Virus record (IMG/VR): IMGVR_UViG_2541047778_000015
Origin: a virus
Lineage: Duplodnaviria; Heunggongvirae; Uroviricota; Caudoviricetes
DNA length: 40,861 nt
Reading direction: 5' to 3' (one strand)
Below the pieces are notes generated by a model, which saw only the letters and a list, made by a program, of their open reading frames with translations, ran no database searches and was not told the DNA's origin. A program made the position numbers and the translations under genes. This document shows, piece after piece, positions 15,322-25,031 of this stretch; the stretch's first letter is position 1, and every line of letters begins with the position of its first letter.

Positions 15322-18038
15322 TATTTAGATCCCCACGAAAAGTAATCTTTAAATTTGTCCATACGTTCGTTATGCAGGCGCTGATACTGCTCATCCAGAG
15401 CGCGATGCTTGTCTTTGAAGTTTCGTATAGCCTGTCCACGCATAATTTCTTCCTGCTCGTACTGCTCCCGTTCCTGCTGCATTTTCTTATAAGGTTCCCA
15501 ATCTTCTAGTGATGGTTCCCAACGCATAGGACGCCCATGTTTGTTATAAAACGGCTGGACCCGATCGATGCCATTTTCATCCTTAGTTCTTACCATAATG
15601 GCGTAATCACCATTACGAGGTGTTAACACGTCAGGGGTTATGAATAATTCTCCATTAATACGACTCTCAGGGGTTTTTGTCTCAACTACAGGAGCATTAC
15701 CTGACGTGATCCCAAGCAACGTCGGACTGGTTGTTATAATCTCTTTGCGCTCACCGTACATCAGCCGTTCTTTTTCAGCTTTCCACTGCGCCGCCTGCCA
15801 GCCTGACGGCCCATATTGATAAAGCGCCTCCGGTGCATATTTCATAAACTGCGCTTCTCCGTTAACCTCGCTGATACTCCAGGTGCGGGCTATCTGCTGG
15901 TTGGTCATTTGCTTCGCTACGTCAGCGTTACCACCAGCAACGCGGTAGTTAATGTCATACAGCGTCTGATAGTCATTACGGAATCTAGCTGCTTCCGGCG
16001 TCTGGTCATCCGCAGACGGATCCCAACGGAACCACTGCGCCATATTGCTGACAGCAGAATTCATCGCCTTGCTGCGATTATTTTTGTACTCTTTTGAACT
16101 CTGCGTTGATGCCAATTGAGCTTTAAGAGCATCGGTCTGGTTGTACGTCAGGTTCTGCGCCTGCTCGATAGCCGCATCAGCAGACATGCCAGAATCTGTT
16201 AGTTGCTTAACAGTCAGATAAAAACCCTGCATATCCTTCGGCATATTTCCAATAGATGCATTGTCTGTTTCATATAACCGACTAAACAAATTCGCTGCAT
16301 TTTTAACCACTTCCTGATTGCTGGATCTGGATACTGCTGAAAGCTGCGTGATGACCTGCGAAGGCATGATGCCAGTCTGAGCCACAAGCCGAACAACCCC
16401 ATCATGAGTGGAGGCATCATTAATACGAAAGTTCTGCGCCATTTCTGTGTAATCAGCAGCTTTCTGCATTGATTTGTTGCTTGGGTCTAATTTTTCACCT
16501 ATTGTCAGCGCCTCATTGAATCTGCGTGAATCACGTTGCGCCTGAATTGCTTCATTTGATCGCTGAAGCAATGCAGACAATTTTCCGTAAGCATCGAGTT
16601 TTAACGCATAGTGAGGATCGTTAACCTCAGGCTTCACTTTCTGCATTTCTTCTTGCTGCTGAGAAGGAGGTAAATACTGAATTGCCTGGAATATTCTCGC
16701 GTTATCAATCGCTATATCCAGTTGATTGATTATTTTATCTGCATTTTTTCCATACCCCCTGATGATAGTCTCCTGAGCCGGTATATAATCTGGAACCTCA
16801 CCGTTATATAGCTGGGCCATGGTGTTATTAATAGCTGGCTCAAGCTGTTCTAATATTAACTTCCTTTGCTTTTCTATCTGACTATTAGCAAGGTTATCTA
16901 TTTGATAAATAGTCAGCGGATCCATTCCAGTTTTATTTTTTCTATATCGGGAAAGCCACCCTTGTGTTTCTGATGGAAGATTTCGGATAAATTCTTCTTC
17001 TGATATTTCACCTTTACGTGGATCACCGACTTTGGCGATCAGTTTATCCACGTTACCCATCCCCCAGTTATATGCTGCTCCGGTCAATATTTCGGAGCCG
17101 TACTTACCATACAGTTGATTTACATAGTCACTGGCGAGCATTTCATGCTGTTGTTCGTCCGTAGGGTTGTATTTAACGCCACGCTTGGCCGCCAGTTCTT
17201 TCCCTGTGCCCGGCATTAACTGGTATTTCCCCTGGGCTCTCTCTCCAGAAGATGTTATCGGTCCTTCAAGAAGACTACCATCAGGATTAAAATGTCGATC
17301 ACCTGATTCAACAAGGCGTATGGCACGCATGTCCATGCCTCCAGAATCATTTTTCTGAAACAGACCATTTAGCCATCCTTCTGGATTGGCAGCGGCATAA
17401 TTCTTCGCCCGCATTTCTGTGGCACGGCGATCATCACTTTCTATTTCTTCCAGAATGCGTTCTTGTGACCATCCCCTGGCAGCTCCATATCTAGCAATGG
17501 CTACCATTCTGGAATTTCTGGCTAAAGTGGCAGTTTGCGGGTCATTCCAGGCATCCGCTTCATTTTGTATCCATAATTTTCTCGTTGCCTGATATTGCTC
17601 ATCTTCATAGGCATTTGTCTGCCCTATCTCATGTCTGAGAACTCCAGTACTGAACTGAATTTTCTGTGTTCTGGCTTGTTGCAAAAACATATTTCTTGCT
17701 GCTTCATCAGTCAATGAAGCAGCTATTTCTTCCACATCCTGATCAAATCCAGATATGTACTCTTGCCCCTTACCAATCGCATTTTTGCCTTGTTGTGCAT
17801 AAAAACCGGTTTGAGGGTTATAAAGACGTTCATTGCTGCGCTGATTAAGCTGAAGGATGGCATCCTGAGACAATGCAACATTCGCTTTCTGCCTGGCTTC
17901 ACCATATGCCACCGCATACTGATCTGCGACATTCGCCAGCACCTGACCTGCTTGAGGAACATCGAAGATCTGAAAACCACCGGTTTGCACACCACGACTT
18001 TGCACCTGGCGTCCGGATGTAGTAGGAACAACAGGCAT
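15321..18038 (-). CDS. Internal virion protein with lytic transglycosylase (SLT) domain
   Basis: Segment VESGDRHF...AQGKYQLMPGT...AAYNWGMGN fits the SLT-domain signature; 905 aa. Confidence 0.7.
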   Translation of the reverse strand: MPVVPTTSGRQVQSRGVQTGGFQIFDVPQAGQVLANVADQYAVAYGEARQKANVALSQDAILQLNQRSNERLYNPQTGFYAQQGKNAIGKGQEYISGFDQDVEEIAASLTDEAARNMFLQQARTQKIQFSTGVLRHEIGQTNAYEDEQYQATRKLWIQNEADAWNDPQTATLARNSRMVAIARYGAARGWSQERILEEIESDDRRATEMRAKNYAAANPEGWLNGLFQKNDSGGMDMRAIRLVESGDRHFNPDGSLLEGPITSSGERAQGKYQLMPGTGKELAAKRGVKYNPTDEQQHEMLASDYVNQLYGKYGSEILTGAAYNWGMGNVDKLIAKVGDPRKGEISEEEFIRNLPSETQGWLSRYRKNKTGMDPLTIYQIDNLANSQIEKQRKLILEQLEPAINNTMAQLYNGEVPDYIPAQETIIRGYGKNADKIINQLDIAIDNARIFQAIQYLPPSQQQEEMQKVKPEVNDPHYALKLDAYGKLSALLQRSNEAIQAQRDSRRFNEALTIGEKLDPSNKSMQKAADYTEMAQNFRINDASTHDGVVRLVAQTGIMPSQVITQLSAVSRSSNQEVVKNAANLFSRLYETDNASIGNMPKDMQGFYLTVKQLTDSGMSADAAIEQAQNLTYNQTDALKAQLASTQSSKEYKNNRSKAMNSAVSNMAQWFRWDPSADDQTPEAARFRNDYQTLYDINYRVAGGNADVAKQMTNQQIARTWSISEVNGEAQFMKYAPEALYQYGPSGWQAAQWKAEKERLMYGERKEIITTSPTLLGITSGNAPVVETKTPESRINGELFITPDVLTPRNGDYAIMVRTKDENGIDRVQPFYNKHGRPMRWEPSLEDWEPYKKMQQEREQYEQEEIMRGQAIRNFKDKHRALDEQYQRLHNERMDKFKDYFSWGSK

Positions 18039-18604
18039 CAGTAACCTCCTATTTTGAATCGGGAGTCAGAATTCATAAAACCTGAGTTAGATAACATTGG
18101 CGTGTTTCCTTGCTTACTAATCGGATTGATACTTCCGCCACCCAACTTATATGCACCGTACGCTTTTAGTGGTGCCGTTAACAAAGTGCTGGTCATCGAT
18201 GATTTAGCAGCCGACTGAGCAGCAGCCCCCTGTGCCTGAGCATTCATTCCCTGAACCTGATACCCATATGCCTCACGCTGAGCGTTATTCACTGTCGTTA
18301 ACGCATCAAGAGTGCCGAACTGAGCATTATCCGCAAAAACGTCAAGAGCTGTTCCGCTACTTAATTCCGCACCGGTAGCCCCCATAGTGGCCGCCGCAGT
18401 GCCTGAGCGTTGACGCATTTCACGACGACGCTGATCCGCTTCAATATTCCCACGATTGATTGAATCCTGTGCCTGAGCTTCAGCAATTTCAGCATTCCGA
18501 TCAGCTACGGCTGACTGGTATTTTGCCTGCTTGCTCTGGCTGTACATTGATGCGGCTGTGGATGCCACTGTGACGGCAACCAAAGCGATGGCTGGGTTAC
18601 ACAT
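18038..18604 (-). CDS. Internal virion protein (small), Ala/Gln-rich
   Basis: 188 aa; N-terminal hydrophobic segment; position before the large internal virion proteins. Confidence 0.5.
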   Translation of the reverse strand: MCNPAIALVAVTVASTAASMYSQSKQAKYQSAVADRNAEIAEAQAQDSINRGNIEADQRRREMRQRSGTAAATMGATGAELSSGTALDVFADNAQFGTLDALTTVNNAQREAYGYQVQGMNAQAQGAAAQSAAKSSMTSTLLTAPLKAYGAYKLGGGSINPISKQGNTPMLSNSGFMNSDSRFKIGGY

Positions 18605-19068
18605 TATTTTCTCTCCATGTGAAATCTGTGGAAATTAAGACCAAGAGCACCATAAGGCGCGGCTTCTTCAAGCCTGAATCCAAGCCAGTGCAGCCATGCT
18701 TTGGCAACATGGTTTCGCTCGTCGACGTAGTTTTCCAGGCGCGGATAAACTGCCAGCATCTGCTGCAATACAGGGCGGCAGTGGCGAAGAAATGTCTTCT
18801 GATATTTTTCAATACGGCTGGTCCCGACCAGCCAGGGCGTACCATTGCCACCGATCATTGACGCCGGAGATACACCAAACATGGTTACCAGTTCTCCGTT
18901 CGCGAACCCTGACCAGGCCATAGTCGCAGTGCGAAGACCAACACGCAGCGCATCTTCGGTAGTCATCAGCGATACCGCATACAGTTCGTCAATATCAGCC
19001 TGACGAACATCCGGCAAAATCATCTGAAGATGCTCTTCGGTAGCGGGAATAATTCGAACATCGATCAT
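18604..19068 (-). CDS. Virion-associated hypothetical protein
   Basis: 154-aa ORF tightly packed between the tail and internal virion genes. Confidence 0.5.
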   Translation of the reverse strand: MIDVRIIPATEEHLQMILPDVRQADIDELYAVSLMTTEDALRVGLRTATMAWSGFANGELVTMFGVSPASMIGGNGTPWLVGTSRIEKYQKTFLRHCRPVLQQMLAVYPRLENYVDERNHVAKAWLHWLGFRLEEAAPYGALGLNFHRFHMERK

Positions 19069-21539
19069 CAGAATCCCCCAACAGTAAGGCGAGGAATAAC
19101 GGCAAGAACAGACAGTGGCAACGGGTCAAGCTGACGGATTCTTACACGTCCGTTTTTGCCCCAGTTACTGTCCAGTTTCACTTCTACTTTTCCGGTAGCA
19201 TCATCAACAGGATCATCGTAGAACTCGAATTCACGCTGTGGATATTCGTACCATTTACCGCCGGGCGTAGTCGCCCAGATGCCGCGACTGGCATTCACAA
19301 CCAGAGTAACGGACGGGATCACCTGTTTTTTGTCCAGCAGCGTTTCCTGTCCGTTAATGTTGATATCCAGTGTTTCGAATTCAGCAGTTATTGGCAGGCC
19401 GATGTGCACAACAGCCCCAGGTGATTCCAGCGTGACGGCACCTCCGGAAACCACTTTCTGTGGTTCCACGTTCGCATCAGAGAGAATGTTTACGGTCTGG
19501 CCTTCAAGATGAGACAGGCCTCCAAATGTCCGGCGCGCCATCTGCCAGTTCGTGGTGGCCACATTCCTGAGGGATGGCGGGACGTTCCTGTTAGCACGAA
19601 CCACTACAGCGGTGTTGCTGGTTACAGAAATAATGTCGCAACGTAATTCTTTTGACACCTCATCGCCAGTATCAGGATCAGTTCCGGTATAAGGGAACTG
19701 TAGTTGCGCGCCGACATCACTACTGGTGAAGTACGCACCACCAGAAACACTGATTGTATATTCCGCGCGGTAATCCCATTCGCCAGAACCACCAGTGATG
19801 ATCATCGTTCTGTCAGACGTATTTCTTCCATCATAGCTAAGGCCAGAATCAACAAAGAAAGCATCTTCATCGCTGGTAAATAAACGGCTGGACAGTCGCT
19901 CGATGTATCTCACTGTTTGCCCGTTAACGGTTCGGTTAACGACGAAATACACCGCATCTTCATTGCCTTCGCTGATACTGCATGTGCTTTCATATTTTCC
20001 GGTACTGGATTGTGGTGCCCATGCAAAAACCTGCTGATCACGCAAATAGGTCATCACCAGTAATTTACCGTCATCACGAATGCAGAAGGCACTGGAGTAA
20101 GGGACAATCGAGAAGCACCAGTCAACAATGCTGTGCTTCTGAAAAAGATGATTGGCAAGGATGGTCAGGTCGTTCCCCTGATAGCCGTCAACATCGAATG
20201 AGTAGGCCAGATCACGGACAACACTGCCTTTCTCCTGGACGAACAGAGCAATATTCGCCACGGCAATTGGTGGGACATTGCTCGAGCCATTTGATCCCTG
20301 AGAGCTGAATGCAAATGATGATGGGGTAAGCACTTTGTTCTGGTCGCCAGTGATGACGTACTCACCTCCGGAAGTCAGCGCCACCAGCGAACCAACATCA
20401 ATCAGGTGACGGATCTCATTAACCTGACGCCCGGCATAGGTGTAGATAATTCTGTCGTCATCCTGCGTAGGATTGCTTTTGCCAAAATCCTTATAATCCC
20501 CGGTACGGCTGGCCCAGATAGTCTGAGGGAACGCAGTCGATGCGGCGAAGTAAAGACGCTGTTGATAATAAACAACAGTGCCAGGATAACCATTAACACT
20601 GTTCCAGGCATATTTAGCCCATTTATAGCTGGCATTATCCTCGCCCACGACCTGCGAAGGGATATAGGAAATCACCTCGGCAGTTGCAGTAGTTCCATTT
20701 GCAGCAGTGATACGGGCAATGCCAAAACCACTGTGCAGATATTCCCACTCAATGCCGGTATCATCATCACCGGATCCGCCCCAGCCATCCCATGATGTGC
20801 CTTCTGTATGCGAAGGGCGCAAAGTGCCTGTTTTGCCTACTGTAACGGCGCGATAGTAGTTACTGTCTGCACGGCGAATATCGCCAATTGACGTACTCTT
20901 ACTGGTTTCCCATACCGGCACAGAATCCACTGCAGGCTGTTCCAGATAGAACAATTTGCCTACCTGCTCCGCGCCAAAAATAGAGGCGCTTGCCGTTAAC
21001 GTAATTGTCCCGGTGCTGGCGCTGGCATAAACCGTCACTGACTCGTCAATATTGATATCTTCAAATGGCCCGTTCTTCGTTACCACATCAACCAGTTGCC
21101 AGTTGTCATGCGCGTAGCGGCGCAACTCTTTCGGCGGGTATGCCGGGTGAACAAGCGTAAGCACGTCGGCGCTTTGCGTGAATTTAATTCGGAACAGATC
21201 GGCTTCAGTATATGGCGTGGCAATTTCATAAATAACATTGCTGCTGTTCAGCACCAACGCACCATCTTTGATAACGCGCATGTACTGGTGCCCGAACTCC
21301 AGAGCATAGGTCTGAACCGTCGAGAACTGGAACGGGATCAGGCGGCATTTCCGATTTGGGTATTTGGCGGCACCGACAAAACGCGTACCAGGTCGATTCT
21401 CAACTCCGCCATACTGCCGCACGATAAAGTTATCGCACTTGCGCAATGCCACCTGGTACTTCGCCATGTCAATACGACCGTACAACGACGGTCCAATCTC
21501 ACCACCGGCAAAGCTGGGCTGGATCCAACTGATAGCCAT
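19068..21539 (-). CDS. Tail nozzle / tail tubular protein B-like structural protein
   Basis: 823 aa; size and position after a ~200-aa adaptor gene match the podovirus tail-tube pair; assignment is by position and size only. Confidence 0.55.
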   Translation of the reverse strand: MAISWIQPSFAGGEIGPSLYGRIDMAKYQVALRKCDNFIVRQYGGVENRPGTRFVGAAKYPNRKCRLIPFQFSTVQTYALEFGHQYMRVIKDGALVLNSSNVIYEIATPYTEADLFRIKFTQSADVLTLVHPAYPPKELRRYAHDNWQLVDVVTKNGPFEDINIDESVTVYASASTGTITLTASASIFGAEQVGKLFYLEQPAVDSVPVWETSKSTSIGDIRRADSNYYRAVTVGKTGTLRPSHTEGTSWDGWGGSGDDDTGIEWEYLHSGFGIARITAANGTTATAEVISYIPSQVVGEDNASYKWAKYAWNSVNGYPGTVVYYQQRLYFAASTAFPQTIWASRTGDYKDFGKSNPTQDDDRIIYTYAGRQVNEIRHLIDVGSLVALTSGGEYVITGDQNKVLTPSSFAFSSQGSNGSSNVPPIAVANIALFVQEKGSVVRDLAYSFDVDGYQGNDLTILANHLFQKHSIVDWCFSIVPYSSAFCIRDDGKLLVMTYLRDQQVFAWAPQSSTGKYESTCSISEGNEDAVYFVVNRTVNGQTVRYIERLSSRLFTSDEDAFFVDSGLSYDGRNTSDRTMIITGGSGEWDYRAEYTISVSGGAYFTSSDVGAQLQFPYTGTDPDTGDEVSKELRCDIISVTSNTAVVVRANRNVPPSLRNVATTNWQMARRTFGGLSHLEGQTVNILSDANVEPQKVVSGGAVTLESPGAVVHIGLPITAEFETLDININGQETLLDKKQVIPSVTLVVNASRGIWATTPGGKWYEYPQREFEFYDDPVDDATGKVEVKLDSNWGKNGRVRIRQLDPLPLSVLAVIPRLTVGGF

Positions 21540-22144
21540 CAGGACAACCTCGCAATGGCAAACTCGTCAACCGGTGGCAGTGGTTCCTGTGATTCATTCT
21601 GGCTATGCGAGCCAGCACTAAGAATCACGCGATTGTACATATTGAGGGCAAACGTACCGAGGTCTGCATTCCCAGTCAGCGCCATGTTAATAGCTGCCGC
21701 AAGACGCCAGGCCAACGCCTCCATAAAAATGGCATCAAACATGTTCACATCTGTAACGCGAGATACATACTTGAGCCATGCCTGCGGCTGGTCTGTGTAG
21801 ATCAACTTTCCTGTTCCGTTGGTGTCTGCACCAACTTCGTACTGAACGCGCATTGCTGCTGTTGGATTGCGTACACCAGGAAGCATAATTTCAGTAATGC
21901 GCAGACAATCGGACGGGTACTGGTACGCATATTCCCAGTCAGGCGGTGGATTGCTCGTATCTGCAAGCGCCACGCGTTTGGTAGCAAAGTTCCAGTCAAA
22001 ATCAGAAAGCACAGCATCACGGCAGGCCTCAAAGTGCAGCGAACATTCCCCCGCTTCCTTGCTGGCTTCCGTCAGGCTGTTAATACTGCGGCTGTTGCCA
22101 ATATTGGACAGCGCACGATTGCAGATCTCTACTACAGAGGCCAT
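21539..22144 (-). CDS. Tail adaptor / tail tubular protein A-like
   Basis: 201 aa, stop/start overlap with the following 823-aa gene. Confidence 0.45.
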   Translation of the reverse strand: MASVVEICNRALSNIGNSRSINSLTEASKEAGECSLHFEACRDAVLSDFDWNFATKRVALADTSNPPPDWEYAYQYPSDCLRITEIMLPGVRNPTAAMRVQYEVGADTNGTGKLIYTDQPQAWLKYVSRVTDVNMFDAIFMEALAWRLAAAINMALTGNADLGTFALNMYNRVILSAGSHSQNESQEPLPPVDEFAIARLS

Positions 22145-22200
22145 AAGTTTCTATACTCCTGCAATAAAGGGGCCGAAGCCCCTTGTCTGATTCGCGAGGC

Positions 22201-22545
22201 TTACACGCCAAGTTCTTTACGCTTATCTGCGATCTTCTCGCGTAGCGTTTCGGCTTTGGCGTTATGGTGTGGCTTCTCGTTAAAGAGCAATTCGTACTCT
22301 TCACGGAGCTTATCCAGTTCACCATCATCTGACACATCGTTGATGATTTTGGTGCTGGTTGCTGCCATTAACACCTTTCCTGCAACTTTTGCTTTTGCCT
22401 GTCTGGCTGCATCGTTAACAGGTTCCAGTGCGCTACCAGGCTCACCTTCGTATTCGATTTCTGCCCCCTCCGGCCACAGAGTGTTATGGATATGAGAGAG
22501 GCGCAGAACGCGGTATCTTGGTTTCTCACCTGACATCGATATCAC
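22201..22545 (-). CDS. Hypothetical head-tail module protein
   Basis: 114-aa ORF in the operon. Confidence 0.5.
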   Translation of the reverse strand: MISMSGEKPRYRVLRLSHIHNTLWPEGAEIEYEGEPGSALEPVNDAARQAKAKVAGKVLMAATSTKIINDVSDDGELDKLREEYELLFNEKPHHNAKAETLREKIADKRKELGV

Positions 22546-22546
22546 C

Positions 22547-22984
22547 TTAACCAGTTACTTTTGAGCGGATCGGGTACGGCGTATTGGCATCAACATCCAG
22601 ACTGATACCCGCAGTGAATTTGCCAGCCGTTAGTGGGCCAGTTGCGACGGAGTAGTTAACACGCAGATATCGCTGAACACCGGCAGGCACCTTTGCAGAA
22701 ACAACTCGTTTACCTGCTGTCAGGGCGGTCTTTGCCAGTGCGCCACTATCATAAATAGTGGTCCATGAGCTGTTATTCTCACTCGTCTGCAACTGGATGT
22801 TTACAGTTGCATCACCGCTTGCCGCGGCGGCTGCGTTAACCAGCGCCCAAAACTCAAGCGGGTAACCCACGCCGATATCACGACGTTTTCCGTCAATTGG
22901 ACCGAGATCGATTACGTCAGTAGAAGCCGCGGTATTCGTAACCGCCTGAGCTTCGGAGAACATCAACAGTTTGTCGGTGATCAT
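22547..22984 (-). CDS. Hypothetical capsid-associated protein (possible decoration/cement protein)
   Basis: 145 aa, immediately downstream of the major capsid gene. Confidence 0.5.
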   Translation of the reverse strand: MITDKLLMFSEAQAVTNTAASTDVIDLGPIDGKRRDIGVGYPLEFWALVNAAAAASGDATVNIQLQTSENNSSWTTIYDSGALAKTALTAGKRVVSAKVPAGVQRYLRVNYSVATGPLTAGKFTAGISLDVDANTPYPIRSKVTG

Positions 22985-23035
22985 CTTCTTTCTCCATTAG
23001 TGGGTCTGTTACGACCCACAGGTTAATAACAGGCG

Positions 23036-24022
23036 TTACACCACGCGGGCTTCTGTTTCCAGAAGCGCATCAGTTTCACGGATTGGTACACCACGGAATG
23101 AAGTCCACCACTCGCCTTCAGTCTCTTTTACGCTGATAGCCAGAGATGTTTTCTCCAGAGATTGCAGATCAAGAGCCTGGCCTACAGTGCGGTTCATGTA
23201 GAACACCGGGCGGCCCATGCCACGGTTTGGAATGCGATGCAGTGCCTTAACCATCAACTTGGCAATATTTGCGGCAGAGGATGGTTCTGAAAGATTGCTG
23301 ACATCGATGTTTGCAATGCGAACAACATAACGCCAGTCACGCAGAGCAAGTCCGTTGTCCCATTTGTAATGGGTGCGATAACCTTCGTACTTGCCGCCAT
23401 TAGCATCTTCCAGTGTCACCTGGCCTTTATCTTCCATCTGGATGCCAGCCTTCTTCCCTTTCGGGAAGATGCCATGCACGGTGTTTTCGCCCCACACCAC
23501 TAACCAGATTGAGGTGTTATCTGTACCCGTGCCACCAGCATCAATGATGTTCTGAGCATTACCCGCAGACAGGCTGGAATAGCGGGAGGACAGTCCCATA
23601 AACTGCTGAGGGTTAACGCTGGAATCACCATAAAACAGCGTCTGCGCCATCTGCTGATTCATCGCTTCAATAAATGCGCGGTCTTCAGACAGGCGGAATT
23701 CAGCGGTATTGCCGTTCAGATCAGCCAGTGACTTATCGACTTCAGCATAGGTTTCCAGCATGCCAACGGAATCGGTTACCTGCACTGTGGTTGATTTGCT
23801 TGGCTGTACGCCATAGTTCAGCAAACGCCAGGTAGCTGAAGGTAAACCAGAACGAATGGTGGTTCGGTGTCCGGTAGGAAGGTTCCCTTCGACAAAGGGC
23901 ATATCCTGAAGGATCGGGTTAGTTTGACCGAGAAGCTCGATAATCTTATCGACTTTCCCGTTTGGATCGACGCGCTTACCCCAGTCAGCCAGCGTTAGCG
24001 CAGTTAAGCCTTTAACAGCCAT
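23036..24022 (-). CDS. Major capsid protein
   Basis: 328 aa, follows the scaffold gene; size and sequence character consistent with an HK97-fold capsid protein. Confidence 0.75.
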   Translation of the reverse strand: MAVKGLTALTLADWGKRVDPNGKVDKIIELLGQTNPILQDMPFVEGNLPTGHRTTIRSGLPSATWRLLNYGVQPSKSTTVQVTDSVGMLETYAEVDKSLADLNGNTAEFRLSEDRAFIEAMNQQMAQTLFYGDSSVNPQQFMGLSSRYSSLSAGNAQNIIDAGGTGTDNTSIWLVVWGENTVHGIFPKGKKAGIQMEDKGQVTLEDANGGKYEGYRTHYKWDNGLALRDWRYVVRIANIDVSNLSEPSSAANIAKLMVKALHRIPNRGMGRPVFYMNRTVGQALDLQSLEKTSLAISVKETEGEWWTSFRGVPIRETDALLETEARVV

Positions 24023-24036
24023 TGTTATTTCCTCTC

Positions 24037-24738
24037 TTATTTGCCATAGAGCACTTCGGCCGCACTACGCTGGCCTTCATTACCACCGGTGACCATGCCA
24101 TCCTCAGACATCGCCTTTCCGATTTTCACGAACGTTTTGACCAGATCAGGGTGATTACCCAGTCCGGTGGTGTTCAGATATTCTTTGAGCTCAGGTGTCC
24201 CGAACTGGTCAAGCGCACGCTGTGCGGCGCTAAGGTTAGAAATCAACTTGTCGCCACCGATTTCTTTGTCAGCTTTTACATCAGCAGCCCACTGCTCGGT
24301 TGTTTTCTGCCAGGCTTCTGCCTGGCGCTGCTGCACACCTGCCAGAATCTTCGGATAAGCATCAACCAGCTTTTGCGCTTGCTCGTTGGTCAGGTTAAGT
24401 TCTCGCGCCACCGGCTCGAATTCCTTCAACGCTTCTGTATCCAGCTCTACGCCTTCGGCAGCCTGAAACTCGTACTTCTCAGGCGCACCCTCTGGTTTAT
24501 CGCCGTCCTTTTTTTCATCCTGCTTATCGTTTTCAGGCTTTTTGTCATCAGCAGGTTTATCGCCATCAGCAACAGGTTGTGGCTTATCACCTTCCAGTTG
24601 TGATGGATCACCAACTGGAGCAGGGTTATCACCTGCAGGCGCTGACGGTTCTGACGCAGCCGGAGCTGCTCCACCATCGACTGGTTGCTCATTGCAAAGA
24701 CGGCGATACAGCAAACGCTCAAATAAATTCATGATCAC
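24037..24738 (-). CDS. Scaffolding protein
   Basis: 233 aa, very acidic, Pro/Ala-rich N-region and helical C-region; between the portal block and the capsid gene. Confidence 0.6.
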   Translation of the reverse strand: MIMNLFERLLYRRLCNEQPVDGGAAPAASEPSAPAGDNPAPVGDPSQLEGDKPQPVADGDKPADDKKPENDKQDEKKDGDKPEGAPEKYEFQAAEGVELDTEALKEFEPVARELNLTNEQAQKLVDAYPKILAGVQQRQAEAWQKTTEQWAADVKADKEIGGDKLISNLSAAQRALDQFGTPELKEYLNTTGLGNHPDLVKTFVKIGKAMSEDGMVTGGNEGQRSAAEVLYGK

Positions 24739-25031
24739 TCCTGTTCACTGGCCTCTTTGGCCATCTTCAAATACTGTTCAGGGCAATGCGCCATAACGCG
24801 CTGAAACAGTTCCAGCGCCAGATTGCGTTGCCCCTCATTAAATGCCATTGCCATAGCATCCATCGGAGAGATAGCGGAAAACACCCGGCCTTTCTCCAGC
24901 ACCGACCAGACAACGCGACGCCCCTGTTCACTGCTCATGACAAAGCGAATGTCATCAATTTCACGCTGCGCCATGTCACGTTGCTTACGGGCGTTTTCTT
25001 CTTTCAGTTGATCGTCTTCGTAATCTGTCAT
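24735..25031 (-). CDS. Hypothetical head morphogenesis protein
   Basis: 98 aa; start and stop overlap the neighbouring genes. Confidence 0.5.
   Translation of the reverse strand: MTDYEDDQLKEENARKQRDMAQREIDDIRFVMSSEQGRRVVWSVLEKGRVFSAISPMDAMAMAFNEGQRNLALELFQRVMAHCPEQYLKMAKEASEQE

Noticed and set aside
12307-18038. Interpreting the 905-aa and 1004-aa proteins as a siphovirus tape-measure protein
   Set aside because: There are no major tail tube, sheath or tail-assembly chaperone genes. The gene count and order between capsid and tailspike fit a podovirus internal-virion-protein set, and the tailspike has a T7-type adaptor domain.
21605-22495. 296-aa plus-strand ORF antisense to the tail/adaptor genes (similar long antisense ORFs at 21096..21800, 25154..25891, 28593..29066, 1748..2404)
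   Set aside because: They lie fully inside well-supported minus-strand genes with compact overlapping starts and stops. Their products are Arg/Cys/His-rich low-complexity strings typical of shadow frames in GC-rich coding DNA.
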